Program-made: the position numbers and the translations under genes | Notes under the pieces: model-generated | Database searches by the model: none | Seen by the model: only the letters and a program-made list of their open reading frames with translations | What the model was told of the DNA's origin: nothing | Assembly (NCBI GenBank): GCA_963749495.1 | Contig: CAVVMW010000004.1 | Location: 448,001-512,000, forward strand | Direction: 5' to 3' | DNA: 64,000 bases | Origin: an uncultured bacterium | GTDB lineage: Bacteria; Verrucomicrobiota; Verrucomicrobiia; Limisphaerales; UBA8199 | Part shown: positions 8,771 through 17,867 of the stretch, piece by piece | Position numbering within the stretch: the stretch's first letter is position 1 | Layout of the letters: every line of letters starts with the position of its first letter

Positions 8771-10952
8771 AAGCTCATTTTCCGCCCAAGAAAGACTTCA
8801 CCGCCCTCTCGATCAAGGACCTCGTGGAAGCACGCGATGCTTACCATGTTCATCTGGCCAACCTGGAAAATGTGATCGCCACTGCAATCGGCAGGTACAG
8901 GATTCGTCTGGATGACCCCGATGCCATGGATGCGGAGAAGGTCCGCAAGGATCGGAAGTCTCCGCCTCGGACCCTGCAGAACAGCGTAGTGAAAGCTTGG
9001 TCTTGGCCGTGCGTCCTGGTTTTTGTTCGGGAGTGGTCTCTCCCCTCCGGCTTCACCGCAAGCCCGGACCAGTTCGTGCCTAACTGCCTGTATATGCCGG
9101 ACGCTCGGGTGGTCCCGACCTGCACTATTCTGGCCGAGGAGGCGACGCTGGCCGCGCCACTCCTGCAAAATCTGACATTCCCAAGCGAATTGATCGGCGG
9201 CGGCTATCCTGTTCTGACCGAAGTGCAGGGCAACATCCATGTTGGTTCCATCGGCTGCCTGGTCACCGACGGGGATTCAACCTACGCGCTCACGAATCGC
9301 CACGTGACAGGCGAGGCAGGAAGGAAGGTGTACTCAGTCATCCGCGGGCAGCGCACGGAAATGGGCTCATCCGACGAGAAGCAAATTGGCAAGAAGCCGT
9401 TTGCGGACGTTTATCGTGGGTGGCCAGGTACGCGAGCGGTCTCCAACCTGGACGTGGGCCTGATTCGTATCAGCGACCTCAATTGTTGGACAGCACAGGT
9501 CTTCGGAGTCGGGGAACTGGCGGGGTTGGTTGATCTTCACCCTAACAGCATTACCCTTGAGCTGATCGGCTGCCCGGTGAGAGGGTTTGGCTGTGCATCG
9601 GGCGAGATGCTCGGCGAGATACACGCCCTGTTTTACCGATACAAATCAGTTGGCGGGTACGACTACATCGCCAACGTCCTCATCGGTCCCCGCGGCGGGC
9701 AATCTCCCATGAAAACGCAACCGGGGGATTCCGGCACGCTTTGGTGCTTCGACCCCCAACTATCGAGAGCAGAGGCCAGAAAAGAAGGTCAGATTGGGAG
9801 CCGAGCGCGCCGCTATCGTCCCCTTGCTCTCCAATGGGGTGGTCATCAGCTAATGGTGCCGGGCGGCGAGGTTACGCTGGGATTTGCGCTGGGGACATTC
9901 GTCAGCACGGTTTGCCGGGAGCTTGATGTGGAGATAATCCGCGACTGGAATATCGGCCACAACGAGTATTGGGGAAAAACGGGGCACTACAAGATTGCCG
10001 CCGCGGCGTGCGCCCTCGCATCCGACCCTAAACTGAAGCTGCTTCTGCAAAACAATCTCGATCGTATTTCGTTCGACGACAACTCCATTCGCGCCGGCGA
10101 CCTTCGCAAAATCCACCCAGACCAATTTGTTCCGCTTGCGGACGTTCCGGACCTCGTTCTGGCGCGCGACGCGCAAAAAGGACGAAGGGAACCACTTTGC
10201 CGACATGGATGAGCCGGGAAAAGGGGAATTCGCAGGGAAGACCCTCTTGGACCTGTGTGAAAACCCGAACAACGTCAACGTTGACGTTTGGAACAAATTC
10301 TACGACTCCATTGGAGTGGGCTTCAAGCGTGGCGCCTTGCCGTTCCGCGTCTGGCAGATATATGACGCCATGGCGGCCTATGGAAAGGCGGGCAAGATAG
10401 CCGAATTCGTCTGCGCCGCAGGAATCCTGGCCCACTACGTTGGCGACGCCTGCCAACCCTTGCACGTCTCGCGCCTTCACCATGGCAGAAACGCGGCTGA
10501 AGCAAACGTGCATTCAGCGTATGAAACAACGATGTTGGACCAGTTCGCGCCCGAAATCATCGCTGGTGTGAATGTCGCCCTCAAGGGCACAAAAGCCAAG
10601 TCCGCTGTGAAGGCGGGCCACGAAGCGGCCGTTTCTGTCGTGCGCTTGATGCGGAACACGCTCGAGGGTCTGCCGCCGATGGATATCATCGCGGCACTCG
10701 ATGAAACGCAAGGCCAGGGGAGAACGCAGCACATGTGGGATGTTCTTGGTCCGCGAACCGTAAAGTGCGTGGCCGCGGGCTGTGTCACGCTCAGCCTCGC
10801 TATGGGAAAGCGCGTGGAAGGAAGGCCCAGCAAGCGGAATCAGCCAGACAAAGCTCAAACCAATTCAGCAAGACATTCTCAAGGAGCTTTACAATGACAG
10901 TACCTTCTTGCCAGCACTCCGGTTGTCTGAAATGCGCTTTGCCCAGGGCTAA
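8767..10952 (+). CDS. trypsin-like (Nal1-type) serine protease fused to S1/P1 nuclease / Zn-phospholipase C domain (frameshifts at ~10159 and ~10792)
   Basis: Protease triad ALTNRHV / DVGLI / PGDSGTLW; then WGKTGH (9970), NHFADMD, AHYVGDACQPLH and HSAYE zinc ligands; tail reframes as LASLWESAWKEG...FLPALRLSEMRFAQG*. Confidence 0.85.
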
Positions 10953-11223
10953 GCAGTGCAAGGGGTGGGCATCCACATGGCAAATGGCCGGGCTTGGCGA
11001 CTGCACCGTCTGGCTGTTCGATGCTTCGGCCAACCCCCGGACGGTGGGTGAAATGGCTCGGTATGCTGCTTCGACCAGTTCCAACCAGCCGGGCAGATTC
11101 CTGCTTTTGAGTCTGTCGCTTCGCCGGCCAACTCTCGCTGTCGAGCCACGCTCTTGTGGTCAGTCCACAGTTTTCGGGCTCTCCGTAAAGCTGATAACCG
11201 TCGCACAGCTCTGATATTGAGCA

Positions 11224-11770
11224 TCAGGACTTCGCAGGAAGAAAAATGTGGTTGCGGCTGACGCGCATTCCACCAGACGCACAAAGGAGGCGGAGAAGAG
11301 TCCTAAAGCGTCCTGCAGGCAAAGGTAGGCCTCTGGCGAGCACTGTTGCCGTGTACAACTCATCGGCCGTGGGCAAGATTACCTTTCTGCTGTGCAGCAT
11401 TCTCACGCTTTCGGCTTCTAGCTTTTCGACAGGGCAACCTGACCGCGAAAGCAGGCCGCCCACGCAACGCCGCATTACCGCGTCGTACCGCTTCGGATCG
11501 AGCGCTTCATTTCCGTCCTGTGTCGTGCGCCCGGAGTCTGGCTCGAAGAAGACCAAGCTCGACAGCAAGCCCGAGGGTGGTCGCAACGACAGCCTCCGAA
11601 CAATGTGCAGCGATGGACTTCTCCTTCGGGTCCCAGCGATGATAAACAAAGTTAGGCGGGCTTCGTCGGAGTACATCGCCTACCAACTCGTTCCTCGAGC
11701 GTGGCTGCTTTGCATTAGCTATGTCCAGCAGGCATTGAATCCTGGAATAATACGTAGCTTTAACTTCCAT
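11224..11770 (-). CDS. hypothetical protein, probable winged-helix domain(s) (~181 aa after joining frameshift at ~11545)
   Basis: ORF 11507-11770 (..TLGLAVELGLL) joins ORF 11224-11676 (EPDSGRTTQDG..) on removing 1 nt; overlaps upstream stop. Confidence 0.6.
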
Positions 11771-12980
11771 AGCTAGCTCCCCCTGCTACGCCTGTACGGA
11801 ATTTCTCCGCCCACTTCTTGTACCTGTCGAAATACGGCGTCCGGCCAGGCAGCGAGTCAAACACTAGGAGTATCGAGTCGTACAGCTCGCTCCATGCGAA
11901 TGTTTCGTTTGCCACCGTTGGCAGTTTAGGCAATATAGTGCCCTCACGAGCGAGGGTCTCAAGTGCCGTGTTGCCTTGGGCGTTCTCGTCACGAATCGTT
12001 TCTACTCTCTTTCCTCGGACTTCTGGATCCTCCGGGAGTGGTTGTGGGAGCAGCCCGTTCCGCAATGCAACGAGATAGGCGTGAAGTTTCTGCATCTTCC
12101 TCCCTACCTTGCGCCAGTCTATGACCCCGTTAGCCCAAATGGTGTCCGGTGCGTCAAATTGCTTTAGCGCCACGGCTGCGAAGGTGTCTCCGTTTTGCTG
12201 AGCACTGACAAGCTTGTCGCGCCCCCTCCTGTAGGCCTTCTGGTTGGAGTAAGACTTCCTCTCGATCTCGTCGATGACGGACTCCAATGATGGCAAATCA
12301 GTCTTCTTGCCCTGCGTGGCCGGGGAGGATGGGCTTGGGCGTTCGATCCTCGAGCACTCCTCCATCAGGCGGTGGAATAGATGCACGAAGACGTTGTACT
12401 CAAGCGCCGCCAGCGTACCTTCCTTTGTCTGGTGCGTGCCGAGACACCGGATTTCCTCGGCCGTGAGTTTCGACATGAGGCTGGCGATAGCCCTCACGGC
12501 AGTTACGTCCTTTGGTTCCCATCCAGGGCGAAGGGTGTCGGAGAGATGCTGCATCGAGTATGCCCTTGGCTGTCCGGGCAGGACGCTGAACTGTCTTGTC
12601 TGGTCATACGTTTTGACTCGAAGATCGAACAGGTGAATGTTGGGCGTAAGTTCCTGGAGGATGCCTTGAATGTGGTCAATGGCGTCCAATGCGTGAACGT
12701 GGCGGTCGGCTTGATCCCTGCGTTCTAGGGCCGGACCAGGACCGTGAACCCCGTCGGCACTGTAATAAACCGACCGAAAGGAGACGCGCTTTTGCTCCTG
12801 AAGAGCGTTCCACGTGAGATGTAAGACGTGGGCGAACTTGTCGAATTCAATGCCGCGCCATGATTTCTCGGTTTCCCGCAAGGCTGTGTTTTTTCGAATC
12901 CAATCGTCGAGCACAGTAACCCAAACCGCGTGTATGCCCCAGAGAGCTCTCCCATTTGAGCTGTGTCGTGGAAGCACCAT
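11760..12980 (-). CDS. hypothetical protein (406 aa)
   Basis: Clean ORF starting 1 nt after the upstream stop and overlapping the downstream start; no recognised motif. Confidence 0.8.
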   Translation of the reverse strand: MVLPRHSSNGRALWGIHAVWVTVLDDWIRKNTALRETEKSWRGIEFDKFAHVLHLTWNALQEQKRVSFRSVYYSADGVHGPGPALERRDQADRHVHALDAIDHIQGILQELTPNIHLFDLRVKTYDQTRQFSVLPGQPRAYSMQHLSDTLRPGWEPKDVTAVRAIASLMSKLTAEEIRCLGTHQTKEGTLAALEYNVFVHLFHRLMEECSRIERPSPSSPATQGKKTDLPSLESVIDEIERKSYSNQKAYRRGRDKLVSAQQNGDTFAAVALKQFDAPDTIWANGVIDWRKVGRKMQKLHAYLVALRNGLLPQPLPEDPEVRGKRVETIRDENAQGNTALETLAREGTILPKLPTVANETFAWSELYDSILLVFDSLPGRTPYFDRYKKWAEKFRTGVAGGASYGS

Positions 12981-12981
12981 C

Positions 12982-14535
12982 TTACAATCTCGGTTTCAAC
13001 TCTTCACCGCCACTTGCCAATTTTTCAAGCGCCTCCTCAGCAAACTCGCTGTCTGGCGCATACGCGCGAACCAGGAATTCCCGACCGTGGCGGACAATCG
13101 TCTTGTGCGTGGTCTTGAAAATAGCGTTGTCAATCAGTATGTCCATAATGACGGACCGCGTCTCGGCCGAGATACCGAGCTCTGCACCGCTCTCCATGAA
13201 TACCTCCCAAGGCAAGGGAGGGAATCCCTTCTGTGCAGGCTTGCTGTCCTCTCCAGGGAACCAATCGTCGCCGACGCTGAAACGCCTTTCCCTCTGCTCG
13301 GAGACAATCCTCTGAAGCAACCGGCGGCAGTCATCCCATTGGGTTGCATCGTCGATCACAAATACCCGCTTCCTCTGCTCGCTATCCCAGCCCGACTTTG
13401 ACTGGACGAGCTTGGAGAGTGCCCTATCAGTATGCGCCGCGACTGCAGAGTTGATGGCAGCCTCCAGTTCTTCGAAATTTAACAAGGGGTATACTGCGCG
13501 AAGGTGACCCAATGGCGAATTCGCCTCAGCCGAGCCTTTGATCGTGTCCGGGATCACGCCCTCCCGCACGAATGGCAGCAGCCCGGCCCACGCTGACTTC
13601 AGTAATTCCACGCCAGTAACCAAACTCACAAGGTGGAACGCGAGCTCTGCATGTCTCCCGGGAGGGCAGGCTTCCAGAGCTGGCCGGACATAGGACGGAG
13701 CCCCAAGCCACTGACCCGGGGTCCGAATAGATTCCAGAGGAACGGCAGGATACCAGATCGGTATAAGGACAAACTCTTTCGGCCCACGTCGAACCAATCG
13801 GAGTTTCAACGGAGCCTTTATCTCAAAATCGCAGCCCTCTGGCAGTTGGGCGAGTAACCTCTGGGTGTCTGCGACAACCGGCGATTCGACAGTCACGCCT
13901 GGAAAGTTGTAGCCCTCGCCAACATCGTATTGAATCGGCAAACCGAAAGTACTCAGCGCTCCGAGAAACCTTCTTATCGGCAAGGTGAAACGGAACGTGC
14001 TCTCGATGTGCTCGGTATCAAGTAGTAGGGCACCTTTGCTTCGTAAAGAATCGATGAGACACTCCCGATAGCGCAAGTAAAGCTCCTGCGAAACATTGCG
14101 CTCGATGGCAAAGTCCGGCGACGCTGCGGAGGGATCGACGCGGAAGTCCTGCGCCCGCCAGACGCCCTTCGTCAGAAAGTCTGCGTGAACAACAAAAGCG
14201 GCCGTCTTAACACGGACTGCTGCCCCAGGGGTGTTCTTTTCTATGTCTTCGATTGTCTGTTTCGTGCTGCCGCCCAGGTGAACCATCTCGTTGAAAACAA
14301 GTATCCTGTTCTTCTTACTCAAGTAGTTCGAAGGCAAATACCGCAGGGCCTCAGACGATAGGACGTCATCCCACTTCCAAGCACACCCGAACTCGGGCGC
14401 GAGGTCCATAAGAGCGCGCAGGAATGCGGTAGCCTTGCGCTCCACTGCTACGACAAAGTCAAATCGCGCCGGGTTGAGCAAGTCATTCAGCCAGGAGAAA
14501 AAGCGCTTCTCATGATATTCGACTTCCAGGTTCAT
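12982..14535 (-). CDS. phosphoribosyltransferase-fold protein with degenerate PRPP loop and possible C-terminal winged helix (517 aa)
   Basis: VAVERKATAF and RILVFNEMVHLGGST (NE in place of the DD of the hhhhDD...GxT motif), then VKTAAFVVH; ATGA overlap with SIR2 gene. Confidence 0.65.
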   Translation of the reverse strand: MNLEVEYHEKRFFSWLNDLLNPARFDFVVAVERKATAFLRALMDLAPEFGCAWKWDDVLSSEALRYLPSNYLSKKNRILVFNEMVHLGGSTKQTIEDIEKNTPGAAVRVKTAAFVVHADFLTKGVWRAQDFRVDPSAASPDFAIERNVSQELYLRYRECLIDSLRSKGALLLDTEHIESTFRFTLPIRRFLGALSTFGLPIQYDVGEGYNFPGVTVESPVVADTQRLLAQLPEGCDFEIKAPLKLRLVRRGPKEFVLIPIWYPAVPLESIRTPGQWLGAPSYVRPALEACPPGRHAELAFHLVSLVTGVELLKSAWAGLLPFVREGVIPDTIKGSAEANSPLGHLRAVYPLLNFEELEAAINSAVAAHTDRALSKLVQSKSGWDSEQRKRVFVIDDATQWDDCRRLLQRIVSEQRERRFSVGDDWFPGEDSKPAQKGFPPLPWEVFMESGAELGISAETRSVIMDILIDNAIFKTTHKTIVRHGREFLVRAYAPDSEFAEEALEKLASGGEELKPRL

Positions 14536-15647
14536 TTCTTTCTTTCCACCGCTTTCTTCCGGTCAAGCGGCGTTAGCGTGTAATACAAGTAGATCAGGAG
14601 GTCGTAGGGTTCGATCAGCCGAAATCGCTCAGCGGCAGACTTCAGCATGTTGTCTAGCACAGCCGGTTCAGTGTCCAGGGCTGCGGCAACCTCGGCTCTG
14701 ATCCTAACCTTGAGCGCGTCCTCCGCCACTTCAAAAACATGAGTGAAGAACTCCGACGCGGTGGCGGCGATGTGATCAACGTTTCGCTTCTTCCAGATCT
14801 CGCGTGCGACCCCCGCTTCAGTGTCCGACTCGCCGGGGTGCCCGGAGGCCCGCGATACCGCAAAGGTCCGCTTACTTAGGCGTTCTCGAGTGTCCGCAAT
14901 CCTTTGGACGTTGAAAAAAATACCTCGCAAATCCATGTCGGTCAGCGAGTAGCCGACCATTACGAATATGTCGGTCGCAAGCGATGCGCGGAGCAGGTCG
15001 AAGATTGGACCTTCGACGGTCGCTTGGTTCTGCTCGCCGCAGACAATGGATCCAGGTTGGGAAATACTGCCATGCAGATGAACAACAGCGATCTGCTTGT
15101 TCCTTCGCGCCTCGGGGAGTGCGGCGATATCTGCATAAGTGATACAGCGGGCCTCAGTCTTACCCTCATCACCCTGAAAGGTTTTCTCGATAAGCGTGTC
15201 GAAGTTGGTGGTGAATATAACCTTCGGGAACACGCTGGGCAGCAGGCCGTGCAATTCCCGGAGCTTGATGTGGGCGGTCGAAATCTCCGCGGCGCCGAGT
15301 CCAGCGAACTCGTCCATCCACTGCTCAATGCCCTTGCGCGGAAGTTTTTCCTTAAGCCAGGCTGAGATGGCCTCGAAGGGATACTTCGCGGCAAGGGCGT
15401 CCAAATCAGGACGGCTTTTATCGTTCTCATGTTTGACGCCGAGAACGCATCTTCGCAGCATGCGTACGGCCAGATATGAACCATCTGGGACCGTTGTTTC
15501 CTCGCCATCGAGACGCGTCTTGCTTTCTACCGACACTCCGGCGCCAAGGAGGAATCCGATTTCACCGCGAAGAAGACTATCCACGATAACGGAGTAATCC
15601 TCCTCGTAGAGTCCTGGAGGAGCCCCCAGAGTTGCTTGGTTGCTCAT
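14532..15647 (-). CDS. SIR2-like domain protein (SIR2_2 type, putative NADase)
   Basis: FLLGAGVS, FTTNFDTLIE, VHLHGS and MVGYSLTD motifs. Confidence 0.9.
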   Translation of the reverse strand: MSNQATLGAPPGLYEEDYSVIVDSLLRGEIGFLLGAGVSVESKTRLDGEETTVPDGSYLAVRMLRRCVLGVKHENDKSRPDLDALAAKYPFEAISAWLKEKLPRKGIEQWMDEFAGLGAAEISTAHIKLRELHGLLPSVFPKVIFTTNFDTLIEKTFQGDEGKTEARCITYADIAALPEARRNKQIAVVHLHGSISQPGSIVCGEQNQATVEGPIFDLLRASLATDIFVMVGYSLTDMDLRGIFFNVQRIADTRERLSKRTFAVSRASGHPGESDTEAGVAREIWKKRNVDHIAATASEFFTHVFEVAEDALKVRIRAEVAAALDTEPAVLDNMLKSAAERFRLIEPYDLLIYLYYTLTPLDRKKAVERKK

Positions 15648-15649
15648 GG

Positions 15650-16330
15650 TTACCTTTCCTCGAAAACAAGGCCTCGCTTCCTGTGCCAGTCGCCTGGCGA
15701 TCTGAGATACGTGTTCACAGATCTCAACTCGGCTGGCTTGAGAACTCCCGCGGTCCTGGCCACCAGCAAGGCTGCCTTCATGTCAGTGACAGAGAGCAAA
15801 CGAATCTTGTTCGCCATTAGGGCTCTGCCTCCGCCTTGGAGACGATCGAAGACCACCAGCACGGTCAACACTTTGCCGCCAGCGCTCTTGATGGCCTCGA
15901 TGAAGCCCATTTTACTTCCGGCATCAGTGACCAAATCTTCCGTGAGCAGCACGCGAAGGCCGCGCGGAGGAATACCTTCGACGAGAGAGGCAAGTCCGTG
16001 CCCTTTGGTCTGTTTGCGGACATAGACCATTGGCTTCCCAAACGCGTGCGCCAGGATGGCCGCAAATGGAATTCCTGCCGTCTCCCCTCCAGCAACGACA
16101 TCAAATTCGATCCGGTTGGCTTCGCAGAGGATCCGGGCCGCGGCGCTAAACAGGTCGCAGAAAGCTCGCGACGAAATCAACCGTCGACAGTTGATGTAAA
16201 TCGGGCTGTAATTCCCAGAGGTCAGCTTGAACGGATTGGCGAGATCCACCTTCACCGCGCCGAGTTGCCAAAGGTGAAGGGCAGCCGCCCGCTGAATGCT
16301 GTCGAGGATTTGCGTCGTCAGATCACTCAT
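15650..16330 (-). CDS. pyrE: orotate phosphoribosyltransferase-like
   Basis: FKLTSGNYSPIYINCR, AGGETAGIPFA, YVRKQTKGHG, LLTEDLVTDAGSK. Confidence 0.9.
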   Translation of the reverse strand: MSDLTTQILDSIQRAAALHLWQLGAVKVDLANPFKLTSGNYSPIYINCRRLISSRAFCDLFSAAARILCEANRIEFDVVAGGETAGIPFAAILAHAFGKPMVYVRKQTKGHGLASLVEGIPPRGLRVLLTEDLVTDAGSKMGFIEAIKSAGGKVLTVLVVFDRLQGGGRALMANKIRLLSVTDMKAALLVARTAGVLKPAELRSVNTYLRSPGDWHRKRGLVFEER

Positions 16331-17049
16331 GCGCCATTTCGTGGATAAAGCCGTCTAGGGCTGCATGCGGGTCCCGTGCGCTGTATATGGCAGTTCCGAT
16401 TATGGCGAAGCGCCGGTGCGGTCTGGCAGCCTCAAACGCGACCTTCAATGAACCGCCCTGAGCGCCGATTCCTGGCATCATGATGGACGCACCCTTCACA
16501 TTTGAAAGGAGACCGCTAGCTATTTTCTTCACAACTTCGGGCTTGGTGCCCGGCAACACGAAATCCTTGACGCCAAGTCCCAGCGCCGCCTGGCCCATTC
16601 TGTCGGGAGCGTCATCCACGATGTACCCACCCTCCGATTTCAGATAGGCCTCATGGGTCATCACCAGACCAAGAATCGGTGTCAGCCCGGAACCGAAGGC
16701 AGTCTGTCACGAAACCCTCAAGCGTTTTCGGACCGGCCTGGGGAAAGAAAATCACGCCCGCTACGCCGGCGTCACGACAAACGCGGGCGAACGGCTTTCC
16801 CATCTGCGGAATATCGGTTCCCGCTTTTTGATGGTCATAAATCACCGGCAAGTTCGAGACTGCCTTCACGGCTTCAACCACAGCGGGGAGACCGTATATC
16901 AGGCCCAGCATGAAGCCGACCTTGACGCCGACAACCTCGGGGTGCTCAGCGCACGTCTGCGCGAGGCGGCGAAGATCATCAAGTGTCGGCACGTCGGCCG
17001 CCAAAATGATACCTTTGTCGCCTCGAAATAATGCAGATTGATCGTTCAT
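16323..17049 (-). CDS. pyrF: orotidine-5'-phosphate decarboxylase-like (frameshift at ~16704)
   Basis: IILAADV, GVKVG, VIYDHQKAGTDIP (variant of DxKxxDIP), MPGIGAQGG, IIGTAIY; two ORFs join as EGFVT/AFGSGLTPILGLVMTH. Confidence 0.8.
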
Positions 17050-17123
17050 AGCGCACCCCAATTATGCGCTCGTGCTGTGCCAAAGCAGGTAACGCCGACA
17101 TTCTGTAAACGATAAACTGGAAC

Positions 17124-17151
17124 TTTCTAGCAGGTACGCCCCCTACGTCAA
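17124..17151 (-). promoter_or_regulatory. candidate sigma70 promoter of the pyrF-pyrE-SIR2 operon
   Basis: Minus strand TTGACG-16 nt-TAGAAA with TGn extension, ~75 nt upstream of the pyrF ATG in an AT-rich stretch. Confidence 0.35.
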
Positions 17152-17433
17152 GTGCTTAGTTATTCACCGGTTATTCACAATCTCCGCTCCGGCTTCCCCG
17201 TTTGGGCGGGCCTTTGACGCCGGGAGAGATGGCAATACGAAAATTAGACGTCGCAGTGCCCTCCACCTCGGCCCGCGTCCCTTTTCGGCGTGTTGAGCCG
17301 GCCTCTGGAGGATGGAGACCCAGAAGGACGTTGACGAGACCCCCGGGGAGATTGACGCCCAGCGAGCCGACACGCGGGCGGTGGCCTCAGCGCCGGTTGC
17401 GCAACGCCCCCAAAGCCGTCAAACCACAGGCCA

Positions 17434-17824
17434 GGCTCGCTGCTTGCCTTTGCCGGACACGGTTGCCGGAATATCGTCGTCGATGGGCGGGAGTTAGTGT
17501 TCGCCAGCAGGCCCGTTTCCCTCGTCGCGTGGGCGCCCGTGCTGCCCCAACGACGAGTCCCCGGCGGGGCCATCCTCGAAATTTGGAGCCAGGGCGAGGC
17601 GGACATCAGCCTGCCGCTGCCCAGCGGGACGGAGCGCGGCCATCTCTACTTCCAGGGAGCGAGGCTCGACGCCTTCGGGGAGAAACTCGAGTGCGATTGC
17701 TCCGGCGGCCTTCTGCGGTTCAAGTCCCGGAATGATTGGCCGCGGAACCATCTGTTTTTTGTCGGCGGATAGGACCAAGCGGCGTGCTGCCCGGCGGAAA
17801 GGTTCAGGTCCGTCCTCAGCTCCT
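17434..17824 (+). repeat. direct repeat copy 2 (orphan 3' end of the 981-aa gene); right boundary of island
   Basis: Near-identical to 5163-5554; encodes ...VFASRPVSLVAWAPV...NHLFFVGG* with no N-terminus. Confidence 0.95.
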
Positions 17825-17867
17825 CAGATAGCCCTCGCGTGAGTGCTCCAGTGTTCGTTGGTTCGAT

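Larger units (their letters stand above)
5555..17433. mobile_element. putative genomic (defence-like) island between direct repeats
   Basis: Bracketed by ~390-bp direct repeats; looks less GC-rich than flanks by eye; cargo includes NDT-like, protease-nuclease, SIR2-like and PRTase genes; no integrase seen. Confidence 0.7.

Noticed and set aside
5732..17049. Retron, Thoeris or CBASS assignment for the island
   Set aside because: No reverse transcriptase, TIR/Macro/SLOG partner or CD-NTase motifs are visible.
17160..17433. tRNA, ncRNA or integrase at the right island boundary
   Set aside because: No cloverleaf, T-loop motif or tyrosine/serine recombinase ORF recognised.
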